DNA from: Nageia nagi | Taxonomy: Eukaryota; Plantae; Pinophyta | Length of the DNA stretch: 64,000 bases | Direction: 5' to 3' | Assembly: GCA_050084985.1 (NCBI GenBank) | Contig: JBITNC010000001.1 | Location: 12,152,001-12,216,000 of the forward strand | Shown: piece after piece, positions 40,023-53,183 of the stretch | How positions within the stretch are numbered: position 1 is the first letter of the stretch | How the letters are laid out: each line of letters starts with the position of its first letter | The notes under the pieces: generated by a model | Told to the model about the DNA's origin: nothing | Database searches by the model: none | Seen by the model: only the letters and a program-made list of their open reading frames with translations | Program-made: the position numbers and the translations under genes

Positions 40023-40520
40023 TGTTAGAATTCCTAATACATTATTGTTTGGTATCTAAAATGTATCTCACTTAATTCATATAAATACTAAAAGTTTTTA
40101 TAAATACCTTTTAGTATTTAGGAATTAAATAAGTGCAACTTGATCATTCTTACCTCATTTAAACCTCTAGTTAAAAAGTGAGTTAAGATGGGGTCCTCTT
40201 CTATAAATAGAGGGTTAAGCTTTGTTTTAAATATACTTAAATAAAGCAAACTTATGCTCATACTTTGTAGGTTGATAGGTTGGGATGAGAGAGAGGTTTT
40301 AAGCTTTGTAAGAATTATCTTTGAGAAGTAAAATACCTAGAGTTGAAGTGAAGTACTCTCATCCTTGAGAGAAACCACTATACATGATTATATCACTTGT
40401 GTTGGATTGAGTATTTGTCTCTTGAGTTGTTGTTGAAAAGTAGAAGAACACTTCAAGGTTGATTTTGGGTAAAGGAGGTTCTTCTCCTTTTAGTGAAAAG
40501 CTCCCTCAAGATATCTAACA
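40023..40520 (+). repeat. Copia-type LTR (498 bp) preceded by its own PPT
   Basis: aagagggag|TGTTAGA ... TCTAACA with perfect 7-bp terminal inverted repeats; ctataaatag TATA at ~40201. Confidence 0.8.
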
Positions 40521-41930
40521 TGGCCAAGAAGGTCAACAATGCATGTATAATGATTAATCCCATGATTAAGCATGAAATGCCTAATTTTTCATACATAATT
40601 TCATGGAATGAAATTATTGGAGGATATATAATTCATAGCTACAATAATTATGTCCTTAAACTATTCGATATGATGAATGATTATTATCATATTGCACCCA
40701 TAATGAAATTCACTATACTCTAAGATCTTAAAGTATTAAAAACCTATCCAAAAATGGTAAGTTGGAAAAAATATGCTTGTAATACTTAATTTCAATTCAA
40801 CTCAAAAATTTAAATGCTATGTTTTCTTATCTCTATAATAAGAAAAATAAAATATTAATGTTGAATATCTTTCCTCCAAGATAACCTATTCAAAGTATCA
40901 TGAATTAGATAAGTTAGGGTAGGAATAAAATATTCAAAATAAAATTTTGTTAAGTATCAAAAACTAGTCCAAAAGTGGTAAGTTGGCAAAAACATGCTTG
41001 TAATACTTACCCAATCATTGAAAAACCATGTGCTTCCCAAATGGATATCATAGTGTATAAAATTGGTTGAATGGTTCTCTCTTTTTGCTTTTAGGTTATG
41101 CATAAAATGGATTTCCTATAGCATGAGTGAATTTTGAAGAGGTATGGACATATATCAAAGAGTAGTTGAAAATGGTTTTTCATTGAATATTATGGTTATG
41201 GAAGACTTGAAAGGCATATATGTAAAATATGGAAGAATAAATAAAGCTTGGAAATTGTTTAACAAGATGCATGATGCAAACATAGTTTCATGGAATTCAA
41301 TGATTGTAGGATATGAATAAAATGGATTGTATAAAAAGGCTCTAGAGGATTCTATGCAGATGCAATTATAAGATGTAAATGCAAAATCTATATGGAGATC
41401 TGCCAAAGAGTAGTCGAAACTAGTTTTGCATCAAATATTACAATTATGACTTCCTTGATAGACATATATATAAAATGCAAACATATTTTCATAAAATGTA
41501 ATGATTAAAGGATATGCAATTCATGGATACAACAAGGATGACCTTAAACTCTTTGATCTATTGAAGCATTTAGGAATAAACCCTTATACCATAAACTTTG
41601 TATGTGTTCTACTTGCATGCAACCATGCAAATCTAATGGATAAGGCTTGTAAATACTTTAATAGCATGACTGATTCTTATTGGATTATTACTAGGATGAA
41701 TCATTATTCATGATAAATATATATGAAAAACTTGAAAAAAATATGCAAGATCAAGGAATTATTTGACAAGATGCATGACACAAATATAAATTGTTTGAAA
41801 AAATGCATGATGCAAATATAGTTTTATAATCTACAATGATTGCAATATATACATAAAAATGATTTTTTTCAAAAATCTCAAATAGACATGAAAAATGTAG
41901 AAGAATACATAAGACATAAGATTTGTTTAA
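40521..41930 (+). pseudogene. PLS-class PPR gene fragments, decayed and shuffled
   Basis: ISWNEIIGGY; KYGRINKAWKLFNKMHDANIVSWNSMIVGY; MIKGYAIHGYNKDDLKLFDLLKHLGINP..INFVCVLLACNHA. Confidence 0.8.
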
Positions 41931-42129
41931 CTAGATCAAGATAATTTTATTAGAACACCAAAGATGGGTTTTAACAATATATAATAAAAAACATGTTATT
42001 CTTTTGTATGCGATAGTAGGCGATATTTGAAATCAAACTAGACATGAATTAAAGTGAAGAAAATGTATAGCAAACTAGGCATCAACATGATAGGATCTTG
42101 CATGTGATACGTAAAGGTTATTTTATCTT

Positions 42130-44080
42130 CCCATGGACCCCCTCAATGCTTGGGAAGGGGTTCCTCCAATGTTTTCAAATAAAATAAATCAATATGGTTC
42201 ATGCAAAATAGATTTGGGCATTGAGGTGGAGATTCAACAAGTAGATTATGATAAAGAAATATTAAGAATAAGTATTCTAGATGCATCATATGATAAAATA
42301 TAATTACCAAGAAAGATTTACTTGGTAGGAAAATTCATGGGTAATAGAACTATTTAAAAAAATATCGTAAAATCAATAAAAAATAGCTAGAAGATTAGAG
42401 GAACACTCAAGATAGCCACCCTTCCATATGATTCTTTCCTTTTTGAGTTTAATCTTGCAAAAGATATGGAATATGTTCTAGATTATGGACCATGGTGATT
42501 TAGGAAGAATGATTTAGATTTAGGAGGAGTGATTTATATTTAAAAAGATGGTATATAAGATTTATACCTAAAAAGGAATCCTTTACATTCATACCAATGT
42601 CGATTACCTTACCCCTCCCACCGCTAAAATTCTAGAAATTGTTTAAGTAATCAAAGGGATTGCAAGTACCCTTGGAGAATTTATATGCCTAGATAAGAAT
42701 ACCAGATCTAGTACTTCATTTAGTTTAGCAAGATTTTGTGCAAATATTGATGTAACAAAACCACTCAAGACTCAAATCTGCTTGAAAAATAAAAGGGGTG
42801 AGCATGTTCAGAAACTCTTATATGACCTAAAAATAATTGCATGTTCAATGTGTAAAATATTTAGCCATACAGAAAAGGAATTACCATCTATACCCAAGCA
42901 ACAACAATTACTACCACAAAGAAAGTTACAATGGAGATTAACAAATAGAAGGAATCCAAACGTAACTTTGAAAGTGGACAAAGGAATGCAAATTCAAGAT
43001 GTAGGAACTTCAAAGGCTCAAGAAACAAAATTGAACCAAGAATATCATATTCAAAAGGAGAAATAAAACATTCCAAAGGTTTTATATTAAAAAATAGATA
43101 TAGATTAGACTTATAGATTCTTAGCCCTAAGAGATATAACAAAGGAAACCTTGAAAATTCATAATGAAAAAATGCCTAAATAAGAGAAAGAAGAGATTAG
43201 ATTATCATAAAAAGAAGAAAACAATGGAAAGGAGGAGAAATATGAGTTAGAAGAAAATGAAGTAGAGGAGGAACAAGATTAGTCATATGCAAATGAAGCA
43301 GAGGAGGACAAGATAAGTTAGAAGAGTCAAATATTGATAAGAAAGAGGAAGCAGAGTAGGAAAGTAAGAATGACACTATAAAAAGTATAGGGGAAAATGA
43401 AGCAACAAAATAGAGGGAAAAGTAAAAGAGAATGCATAAAATGAAAAAGTATAAAAAGGAAATAAATGTAAAGGTGAATTATTAAAATTAAAAGAAAAAT
43501 TGAAGAGCTTAAAATTGGACAAAGGGGAGATGGTAAAAAAAATTAACCCATAGGTGAAACCTAAAGAGAGAGAGTGGACATCAATTTAAGATAAAAATTG
43601 ATAATAATATGGAAATTATAATATAATGAAGAATAAATCTCACAAAATATCCTTAATGAAGAAGAAATAAAAAAATAAAATACAAAAAGTGGGATAAAGG
43701 CTTTGAAAAATTCTAGAAGGAGCTTTTCAAAGAAGCAAAGGAAAGGAAATGGGAGTTGGAAAATGGGTATACCCTATAAGAATCACAAGGTATCAAATAA
43801 GAACTTGATACTTATATATAATGCTTGTTACTTTAGATTGTATATTGGTATAGATTCTTGTTTCAAAAAAACCTATTTTGCTATGTTTTGTAGTTGGTAT
43901 TTCAAATTTCATTAAAAGAGTCTATAGATGCTTCATTTTGTACTATCTATATTTTGTAAAAGCTATGCTTTATTTTGTGGTCTACAATATACATATCTCA
44001 TAGTTATGAATAGATTGATTACTCTATGATAACGTTTTGTAATAAGATTCTCAAAGACCCTTTCAAAATTATTAATATAA
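42130..44080 (+). mobile_element. Decayed LINE-like element with ORF1 only
   Basis: YLVGKFMG; SFLFEFNLAKDMEYVLDYGPW; LARFCANIDV.KPL; CSMCKIFSH; E/K-rich tail, then an AT-rich 3'UTR-like stretch. No ORF2 motifs seen. Confidence 0.65.
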
Positions 44081-44679
44081 GGCATGAACATATTAATTAA
44101 GGCATGAAAAAGATGGGTTTTCTAAACAATACAAAAGAATATAAGGCATGAGAATATATCCATAATAGAGAGAAAGTAAAGGTCACAAACTCTAGAAAAT
44201 AAAAGGTTATAGACTATGAAAATTTAAATAAGGTCACAGATTGAGAATGCCTTGCACTGCTCCCCCCATCTCACCTTCGATAAAAGCTAACCCCTCAACC
44301 AACAAACTTAAGATGCTCAAACTATTCTAAGTACCTTCCTCATCTCCCAATGCACCCTTTTTTCATGAAGGGGAGGTTTTACTCAACCTCATCATGTTCT
44401 TATAGGGTAGGTTAAAACCACTCCATGAAAGTATCAAAAACTAGTCCAAAAGTGGTAAGTTAGAAAAAACATGCTTGTAATACTTAGCATAATTATATCA
44501 AAGAATACCACAATTATGATCAAGAATTATATAATTATGCTCAAATGATTCAAATATGCTCTATAGTAATGCTAAACAACATTTGATTTATAAGCACCAA
44601 GTAGACACATCAACACACCCAAGAAGCACTTTTTGAAAAACTGGAATGAAACATAGAACCTAATAGACGTGTGCAAAAT

Positions 44680-45010
44680 GTGGAAGATGTATGATGTATG
44701 ATGTAGACACAATTTCATAGACTACAATATGAAATATGTATTATGAAAATATAGTTTGATGGATTACAATATGGAAGATGCATTATGCAAACATAGTTTC
44801 CAATATGAAAGATGTATTATGCAAACATAGTTTCATTAGACTTATGTATTATTCTTTCATATTATATAGGGATCTTATTCAGGCACTTTGAATGAATGTG
44901 GAAGATGCACTATACAAAGCAGACACAGTTTTATGGATTGTAATGTGAAAGATGTTGTTTCATGGATTGCAATGTGAAAAATGCATTATGCAGACACAAT
45001 TTTATGGGCC
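44680..45010 (+). repeat. Degenerate ~40-bp repeats derived from PPR coding sequence
   Basis: ggaagatgcattatgcaaacatagtttcatgg units resemble the KMHDANIVSW codons at 41262-41295. Confidence 0.6.
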
Positions 45011-45799
45011 TCATGTATTATTCTTCCATATTTTGTGGGGAGCTAGGTAAGCACTTGAAGTATTTTTGATATTTTGAGTTCTTTGAGTTTTCCTACTGAG
45101 GGGTTAGAGGAGAGAAAGGGGCATTTTGCAAGGTAAGATGAGAGGAGATGAGGTGATATGAAAATTTAAATCATTTCATATAACATGATCTATTTTGATA
45201 TTTCAATGGGAGGTTTGAATTAAATCATTTCCTAGGATAGTGTGCAAAACCAAGAAGGTCAACCATTTTATGCATTTAAATGATGCATAATTGCATCATT
45301 TTAGAGCATATGGTGGATGATGCCAACATATAACTTTTGAACTAGTTTTTAACACTTAGAAAATTATGTCATGACATAATTAGAAGATAACCATCAATAA
45401 AAGATAGTACCAATTAGGTTATTTTCCAAGAAATGAAGGAGCTCATAATATGTTTCATTATTTTAGAGGTTTAATAGATACTTAGATCATATCGTAATAT
45501 TTTTTTCATATTATATGGTGTACTTAGATAATTTCATATCATATGGTAAACTTGCATCATTTCAAAATATATGGAGTGTACATGTTCCATTATTTTCATG
45601 TTATCATTTTCTATACACAACATGACATCCACATTGGAACCACATGATTTTTCTATTCTTGCCTAATTATTACAAGTATTTTTTTTTTCAACTTACCATT
45701 TTAGGACCAATTTTTTAAACTTATAAATTTGATGGAGGTTTCTGATAAAATATTTGATGCTTCTATCACTTCATGAGATTTCAAATCATATGTTTGTGT

Positions 45800-45990
45800 A
45801 TTTAGATCATTTCATATCATATATAGTGCACTTGATTCATTTTATATTGTATGGTGTACTTAAATCATTTCATATCATATGTATATTGAATTTAGATCAT
45901 TTCATATCATATGGTGTACTTAGATCATTTCATAGCATATGTTGGTGTATTTAGATCATTTCATATCATATGATGCACTTGGATCATATG
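45800..45990. repeat. 28-31 bp minisatellite (ttagatcatttcatatcatatggtgtac), about 7 copies; more copies at 45480-45575
   Basis: Direct reading of tandem units. Confidence 0.8.
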
Positions 45991-46863
45991 GGTTGAACAA
46001 TTGCTTTCCTTATCCCAGTGCAAAGAACTTGTGGGTTGGATGTGCAAAACATGATTTTTTGGAGCATGATAGACTCTTGAAGAAGATATGGACATACATA
46101 AAAGAGTAGTTGAAAATGGTTTTTCATTGAATGTTGTGGTTGTAAATGCCCTAATAAGCATATATACAAAATTTGAAAAAATACACAAAGCATAGGAATT
46201 ATTTAACAAGATGCATGATGCAGTCATAAAACTTTCATGGAATGTAATGATCACAAAATATGAAAAAAATAGGTTTCCTAAAAAAGCTCTAGAGACTTTT
46301 AAGAAGATGCAACTGTTAGATCTAAAGTCAAACTCTATAATCTTTGCTAGCATTCTCCCAACATGTGCCACATGGACATCCATCAAAGAGTATCTGAAAA
46401 TAATTTTTACATTGAATATTATGGTTGTGACTATCCTGATAAATATGTATGCAGAAGTGGAATAATACATAAGGCACATGAATTATTTGATGAGATGTAT
46501 GATGCAAACACAATTTCATGGAATGCAATGATTGAAGGATATGTAATTCATGGCTACAACAAGGATTCCCTTAAACTCTTTGATATATTGAAGCACTTGG
46601 GAATCAACCAAAATAATATAACCATTATATGTATTCTACTTGCATGTAGCAATATAGGTCTAGTGGATGAGAGGTATAAATACTTTAATAGCATGAGTGA
46701 CTTTTATTGCAGTATTCCTAGGATGAATAATTATATATGCATGGTTAAGCTTATTGGTTGTATAGGCTATGTTAAGGAAGATTTGAACTTCATTGCCAAA
46801 ATACCCATAAACCTTGAATTGGGTGTGTGGATGTCTCTACTTAGTATATGTAAATTAAATATT
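45990..46863 (+). pseudogene. PLS/E-class PPR pseudogene segment
   Basis: VVVNALISIY; KALETFKKMQ..LKSNSIIFASILPTCA; ISWNAMIEGYVIHGYNKDSLKLF; YICMVKLIG..GYVKE.LNFI.KIP....GVWMSLLS.C. Confidence 0.85.
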
Positions 46864-47428
46864 ATGGTTCATGCAGGCTATCTTGGGGGAGCTTTGAACT
46901 TCACTACCAAAAATACACATAAACCTTGAATTAGATATGTTTATGTGTCTACTTGGTTCTTCTAAATCAAATGTTATGGTTCGTACAAGGTATCTTGAGG
47001 GAACTTTGAACTTCATTGCTAATATATGTATAAATCCTAAATTAGATGTATGGATGTATCTACTTGGTACTTATAAATTGAATGTTGGGGTTCATGCAAG
47101 CTATCTTGAGGCAACTTTAACTTTTCACTATCAAAATACCCATAAACCCTTAATTGGATATGTGGATGTATCTAGTTGATGCTTGTAAATCAATTGTTAT
47201 AGTTTGTGCAGGCTATCTTGAGGGAGCTTTGAAATTTCAGTGCAAAAATACTCATAAAACCTTAATTGAATATGTGTATGTGTCTACTTGGTACTTGTAA
47301 ATCAAATGGTGTGGTTCATGCAGGTTATCTTGAGGGAGTTTTGAACTTTCCTTACTAAAATACCTATAAACCTTGAATTAAGTATGTGGATGTGTAGACT
47401 TGGTTCATGTAAATCAAATATTGCGGTT
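46741..47428 (+). repeat. Six tandem ~112-bp repeats derived from the PPR S2/E1 motif
   Basis: Units start near 46752, 46864, 46976, 47087, 47199 and 47312 (ggttcatgcaggctatcttgagggagctttgaacttc...aaaccttgaatt...tggatgtgtctacttgg). Confidence 0.9.
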
Positions 47429-49120
47429 ATGAGTATCCTCATGGACATATATGAAAAATATGGGGTTAGGGAGCATCATCTTTATGATTAACACATAATG
47501 ATAATTGAAAGCTCTTCATTTGGCACTATAATATCACCATCATCTATGTATTCACCATTCATCTCCGTTTGGTGGAAATAGATAAGTACCTTGGCATATT
47601 TATTTATCACCTAACATCTTTGAAAATATTAATCTGAGTGAATTGAACCATAGGAGCATTTATGTCAGCATCATATCATTAAATATTTTCAATTAATATC
47701 AAGCTTAAGCTCTTGAAAATAAATACCTACAACACTTCAAAATTATAGTAAAAAATATTAAAATATTTATATGAGAAATAAATATTTAAAAAAAATATTA
47801 ATAATGAAAAGATTAAGGGGGCCACCATGTTTCTAATGTTTGGCCCACCATATCATCGGAAGTTATCGAAAAGAGATGAAAAACATTGAGAAATTAATAA
47901 AATTGCCAAAACATTAGCAAGAGGAGGTATGAGGGGTTTTGAGCGGAGACGATGGAAGGAGAAGCCCTTGGATTCACCCTTGTTTGGCCTCTTCCAACCA
48001 ACTTATTGGGAAAGAACGTCTGAAGATTTTGGATGTATCCGGTGCTCCAATTTAATGGCAAATTTGATTTTGGATTTAGTTTTCAACAAAATATTATATT
48101 CAGATTTGAAGGATTTTGGAAATCTTATGCTAAAGATTTTGGGGTGTAAATTAAGGTGTTGAACAGAGAAAAAGGGCATAGGAGGCAAGCATGGAGTAGA
48201 GAGGCAGGCATAGGAGGTAGAACCGAGGCATCCATTACATGTTGTTCTTGCAATTAACCATGAATAAATTCATACTGCTAATTGTAAAATAATTCTAGAG
48301 ATTTTAAAAATTAAATAGGATTTGTTTTCCTGATTGATTTCTACTAATATGGATTGCGATAGTATTTTTATGACTTATTGCATTCCAGGTAATTATATTG
48401 GAAATCCCTCTTCATATTAAACTCATTTCTGTATTCAAATCCATTTACGAACAGTTGGTAGGAAGAGTTGGTCATAAGCCCCTTTTGTTATTGAAGAATT
48501 TGGTAAGTTGTTATTGTCTTTTCATAATCATACAATCTCATCAGTTACCCACCAAAATGATAATGTCCACATCGATATGAATATCTCACATAACTTTATC
48601 TGATAGACATTTAGAGCACGCAAAAATATAAGGGTTTTGCGAAAAAATATATCTTAGCTAATTGCAGCTGAGAATGAAAGCATGGTACGTCTACTCTGTT
48701 GTAACGATTTCATTTGATTGTAACATAAATAAAATAGATATACGCGGATAATTTTGTATTTTCTTTGAAACTAAATTACAGTTTATGAAACTTGTGTATT
48801 TATTTCATTAGAAATTATATATATATATGTATGATAACAATCGAGAGGTATATAATTGCTGGAAGATGTGTGCATCAATGGTCAAAGATTTCATCAATAA
48901 AATACTTTTCGATACTCAATATCTAATAAAAAATTATTATAAATTTTTTTGTAGGTGTGAGTTGCCTCCTAAAAGAAAAGCATGTATGCTTTTGTCAACT
49001 TTAATCCCACTTCTCCCACATGTATTCTTGATTCCTCAATCATTCAAGAGTGACCTTACTCTTTGAATATCATTTCCAAGATGTCCAAGAAATTTGAATT
49101 GGTCATGGGATGTTTAACAC

Positions 49121-50020
49121 TTGAAAAATGTTAATCTCCATGCTGTTACGAGGCTTAACATGGTCCTCCGAGCATTACCATTTCCTAGGCTCTATCTCTG
49201 CTCTGCATTCTTGGGCATGAGTATTATTCTCTAAGCGCTACACATTCTACTTCAAGATTTGTCTCTTTGCATAAGATTGAAACATCTCTAGGTTGTGTTC
49301 CATTCTTCACATTGGGACTTCCTTATCTAAGATATATCTCATTCCATTCGGGACTTCCTTATCTGGGACCTAATTTCTAGAATTCGAGTCTTGTTTTCCT
49401 AGGACTTGTTGCACCTATTGTTTTGGGTGAATGAATTCATTTTATACCTTGGACCCCAGGTCTTCTTACGCAATGATGTCTCTTTTGCTCCAAAATCCAG
49501 ATTTTACTTCATAAAAGTCTTTCTTCCTTGGAATTAAATGCTCAACCACCAACATTAATGTCTAAATACCAACATTAATTCTCTATATAAGAATGGTTGG
49601 AAATTAATCAATCATCTACAACCATTTAAGATTTTTCAAATGTCATGTAGATAGAAATAGTATGGGCTTCCTCTACCTTCTGCAACATTCAATGCTGTGC
49701 AAAGAGAAAGAGCATGGCCTTCTACAGAATGGACAACAAAATGCATGGATAGAGCCATGCTGCATTTAATTTTATTTTTGACTAAGTATCAGGCATATAA
49801 TATTTTATCTTAGTATAAATATAGGTAGCTTATGCATAATGTTATTAATGGGGGAGTAGATTAAACACGGGACGTGTATGTTTTGCTATTAGCTCCAAGA
49901 GAGCCTTGTAATATTTTGCACTTCTCTATAATACAAATATATTTTGGTCTCCAATTTATCTTGTTATTTATTATTCCTATGGTTAGCCTTATTATTTTTC
50001 TGGTTATACACATTATCATT
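49121..50020. repeat. Direct repeat copy 1 (~900 bp; LTR-like part plus flank)
   Basis: Colinear with 53184-54008. Confidence 0.88.
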
Positions 50021-53000
50021 AAGATTGACACCAATGTCACAGGCTAGGTCAAGTTTGGTGACAACAAAAGTGCCAACATCCATGGTAGAGGGACTGTTAC
50101 CTTTAAGTCCAAAGCTAGTAAGATATTTTATATGCATAGCACTCTCTTTTTTCTTGGCTTTAAGCACAATCTAAGTATTGGCTAGCTTAGTATAAGGGGA
50201 TATATAACCACCTTCATAAGGAAAGGGTGCACCATAGTAAAAGAGGCTACTAACCAACATATAGCCACCATCCATATGATTGAAAATAGGATGTATATGC
50301 TCAGGATGATACTTGCAGTAAGTTGTTTAAAAGCATCCATTGATTCTGCCTAGTTATGGCATAGGAGATTTGGTTATTTAAATTTTCACTCATTCAATGG
50401 TCTACAAAAATTGGTGAGAGGCCTTCCTACCATCTCACATACACCTAATGAGGTCTATGAAAGTTACATTGCAGGAAAGCAACATAGAGTGAAGTTTTCA
50501 AAGTACCAATATAGGGCCAAGTACCCTATTTAGCTGGTGCATGCAAACCTATGTGGACCAATGCAAACTCTTAGCCAATGCAAAAAGTCAAGATATATGC
50601 TTATCTTTACTGATGATGTTTCTAGGATGAGATGACTTTATTTACTGCAAAACAAGTCTAACTCTTTTGAGAGTTTTGTTAAATTTAAATATCTTATTGA
50701 AAAATAATCTGGCTATTTTATTAAGAAGTTTAGAACTAATGAATTTGAGAACTTCTACCATCAACATGGCATTGTTAGGTAGTATACAATTACCTACACT
50801 CCATAGCAGAATGGAGAGGCTTAACGAAAAAATTGAACAGTTGTTGAGATGGCTAGATGCATGACAAAAGAAAAGGGCCTTCCCACTAGTTTTTGAGGTG
50901 AAGTAATCCATACTGTAGTTTATATTTTAAATTGGTGTCCCACTCAAGTTTTATAGGATACCACCCCTTATGAAGCTTGATTTGGTGTATAGCCAAACAT
51001 TTCTCATCTCTAGATATTTCACTCAACCTATTTTGTGCATGTTGCAAAAGAAAATAGGAAGAAGCTTGATGATAATTCCATAAAATGTATTGTAGTGGTA
51101 TACTCTAAAGCATCTAAGGACTATAAGTGTTATGATCCACTAAGTGGCAAGATTCACATCAGTAGAGATGTGATTTTTGAAGAAGGGGATATATTCAATC
51201 AAGAAAATGGTGTTGAAGATACCACTATTGAATTCCAAATTGATGAAGATTGTGAACCTTCTCACACTACTCCACCTCATCATCCTTAACCTTCATCACC
51301 ATCTTCACCATCCACCAGCTCACCATAGCAAGCATAGCCAAATCAGTATCCTACTGGTCATACTCTACCAACCAAAAATAAGTGGAAAAGTGACTGCTAT
51401 CATCCTCCATCATTGATGCTAGATAAAGAACTCAATAAAAGGATGAATTAGTCATAAACCAAAGATGGAAATCAAGAGGTAAATATCTCTTATGCATTAA
51501 TATCTTCATTTGTTGAGACTTCCTCATATACTGAAGCTATTGCTAATGAGGATTGGAAGAAAGCCATGGAAGATGAGATTTAACAAATCCAAAAGAATAA
51601 CACTTGGAATCTTGTACCTGCTCCCAAAGATAAGAAGGTAATTGGTGTCAATTGGATTTATAAATTAAAGCATAATCCTGATGGGAATATTGCAAAGGAT
51701 AAAACCTATCTAGTTGTTAAAGGATATGCTTAAAATGAAGGGCTATATTATGATGAGACTTTTGCCTCGATGGCCTGGTTAGAAACTATGAGGTTTATGC
51801 TTACACTTGCCTCTCATTTTATATTGATATTCTATCATATGGATGTTAAATCAGCCTTCCTTAATGGATATTTAAATGAGGTTATTTACGTTAAGCATCT
51901 TGAAGGATTTATTATTCTTGATCAAGAAAAGGTGTATAAACTAAAAAGGGCTCTCTATGGCCTTAAACAATCACCTGGAGCATGGTGCATATGGATTTAT
52001 GGTTATCTTTGAAAAAATAGTTATCAGAGGTGCTCAACGGAAAGTACATTGTATACAAAACTTAAAGGTAGCAACTTCTTTATTTTGTGCTTATATGTTG
52101 ATGATATTATTTTTACTAACACCTTTGATGCTATGATAGATCAATTTAAGAATGCTATGATTAGTGAATTTGAGATGAGTGATCTTGGAGAGATGAATTA
52201 TTTTCTTAGCATAAAAGTTAAGTAATCCTCTAATGGCATTTTGATCACTCCATCCAAATATGTAGAAGATATGCTATCTTGCTTTAGGATACAAAATTGT
52301 ATCCCTATTGATACACCAACTATTGTCGAAGCCAAGCCATTAAAGGAGGACTCCTCCGCACATGTTGATGCCACTATGTATCGGTCCTTAATAGGTAGCC
52401 TTATGTATCTCACTGCTACTAGGCTAGAAATCATGTTTGCTATCAACAGAGTAGCTTGGTTCATGCACTCACCACATTACATGTATTAGATTACAACCAA
52501 GCGGATCCTACAGTATGTGAGTGGCACACGTCAATATGGGATCTCATATAAATGCTTAGACCAAACAATTTTATAGGCCTATACAATTGGACCGGATGTC
52601 TTGATGATCGAAAGAGCATGTTAGGGTATGGATTCTTTTTTGGAGAATCTTTGGTCTCATGGAGTAGTAAGAAGCAATCCACTATTGCACTTTGATTAGC
52701 AAAATTAAGTATATTGATGCCTTCACCACTTGTACACAAGCCATTTGGATTGCTCATTTATTTGAATATTTGGGCATGGTTATCAAGCTTCCCATATCAA
52801 TGCACTATGATAATCCAAACATGATTTCCATGATCAAGAACCCTTTATTTCACCATAGGACAAAGCACATTGATATACGACATCACTTTATGAGAGATTT
52901 GGTTGAAGATGGCTTTATCCAATTTCACCACTATCCTATTGATGCTCAAATTGCATACATATTTACAAAGCCATTTCCCATGGATAATTTTTCTACCTTC

Positions 53001-53043
53001 GAAGCCAATTTGGACTCCAAACCTTAGCCATTCTAGGGGAAAG
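50021..53043 (+). pseudogene. Copia pol fragment (post-protease, integrase, RT, RNase H) with PPT
   Basis: VKFGDN; LWHRRFG; LVHANLCGPM; RKKLDD.S.KC; MDVKSAFLNG; LYVDDII; YRSLIGSLMYL; RTKHIDIRHHF; PPT aggggaaag, then a short LTR start TGTTGG at 53044. Confidence 0.92.
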
Positions 53044-53183
53044 TGTTGGCAAACCTTAATGAGAATAGGATACTAATTGGACTCTGTATATATTGCATAT
53101 GTCTTTAACTATCTTTTCTTTATCTTTGTATTTTGTGGCCAATAAAGAAAATGATTTTTTTTGTCATGGAGATTAAGGGGTGA

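Noticed and set aside
46211-47179. Functional PPR gene
   Set aside because: Frameshifts, stops, shuffled motifs and out-of-frame tandem copies.
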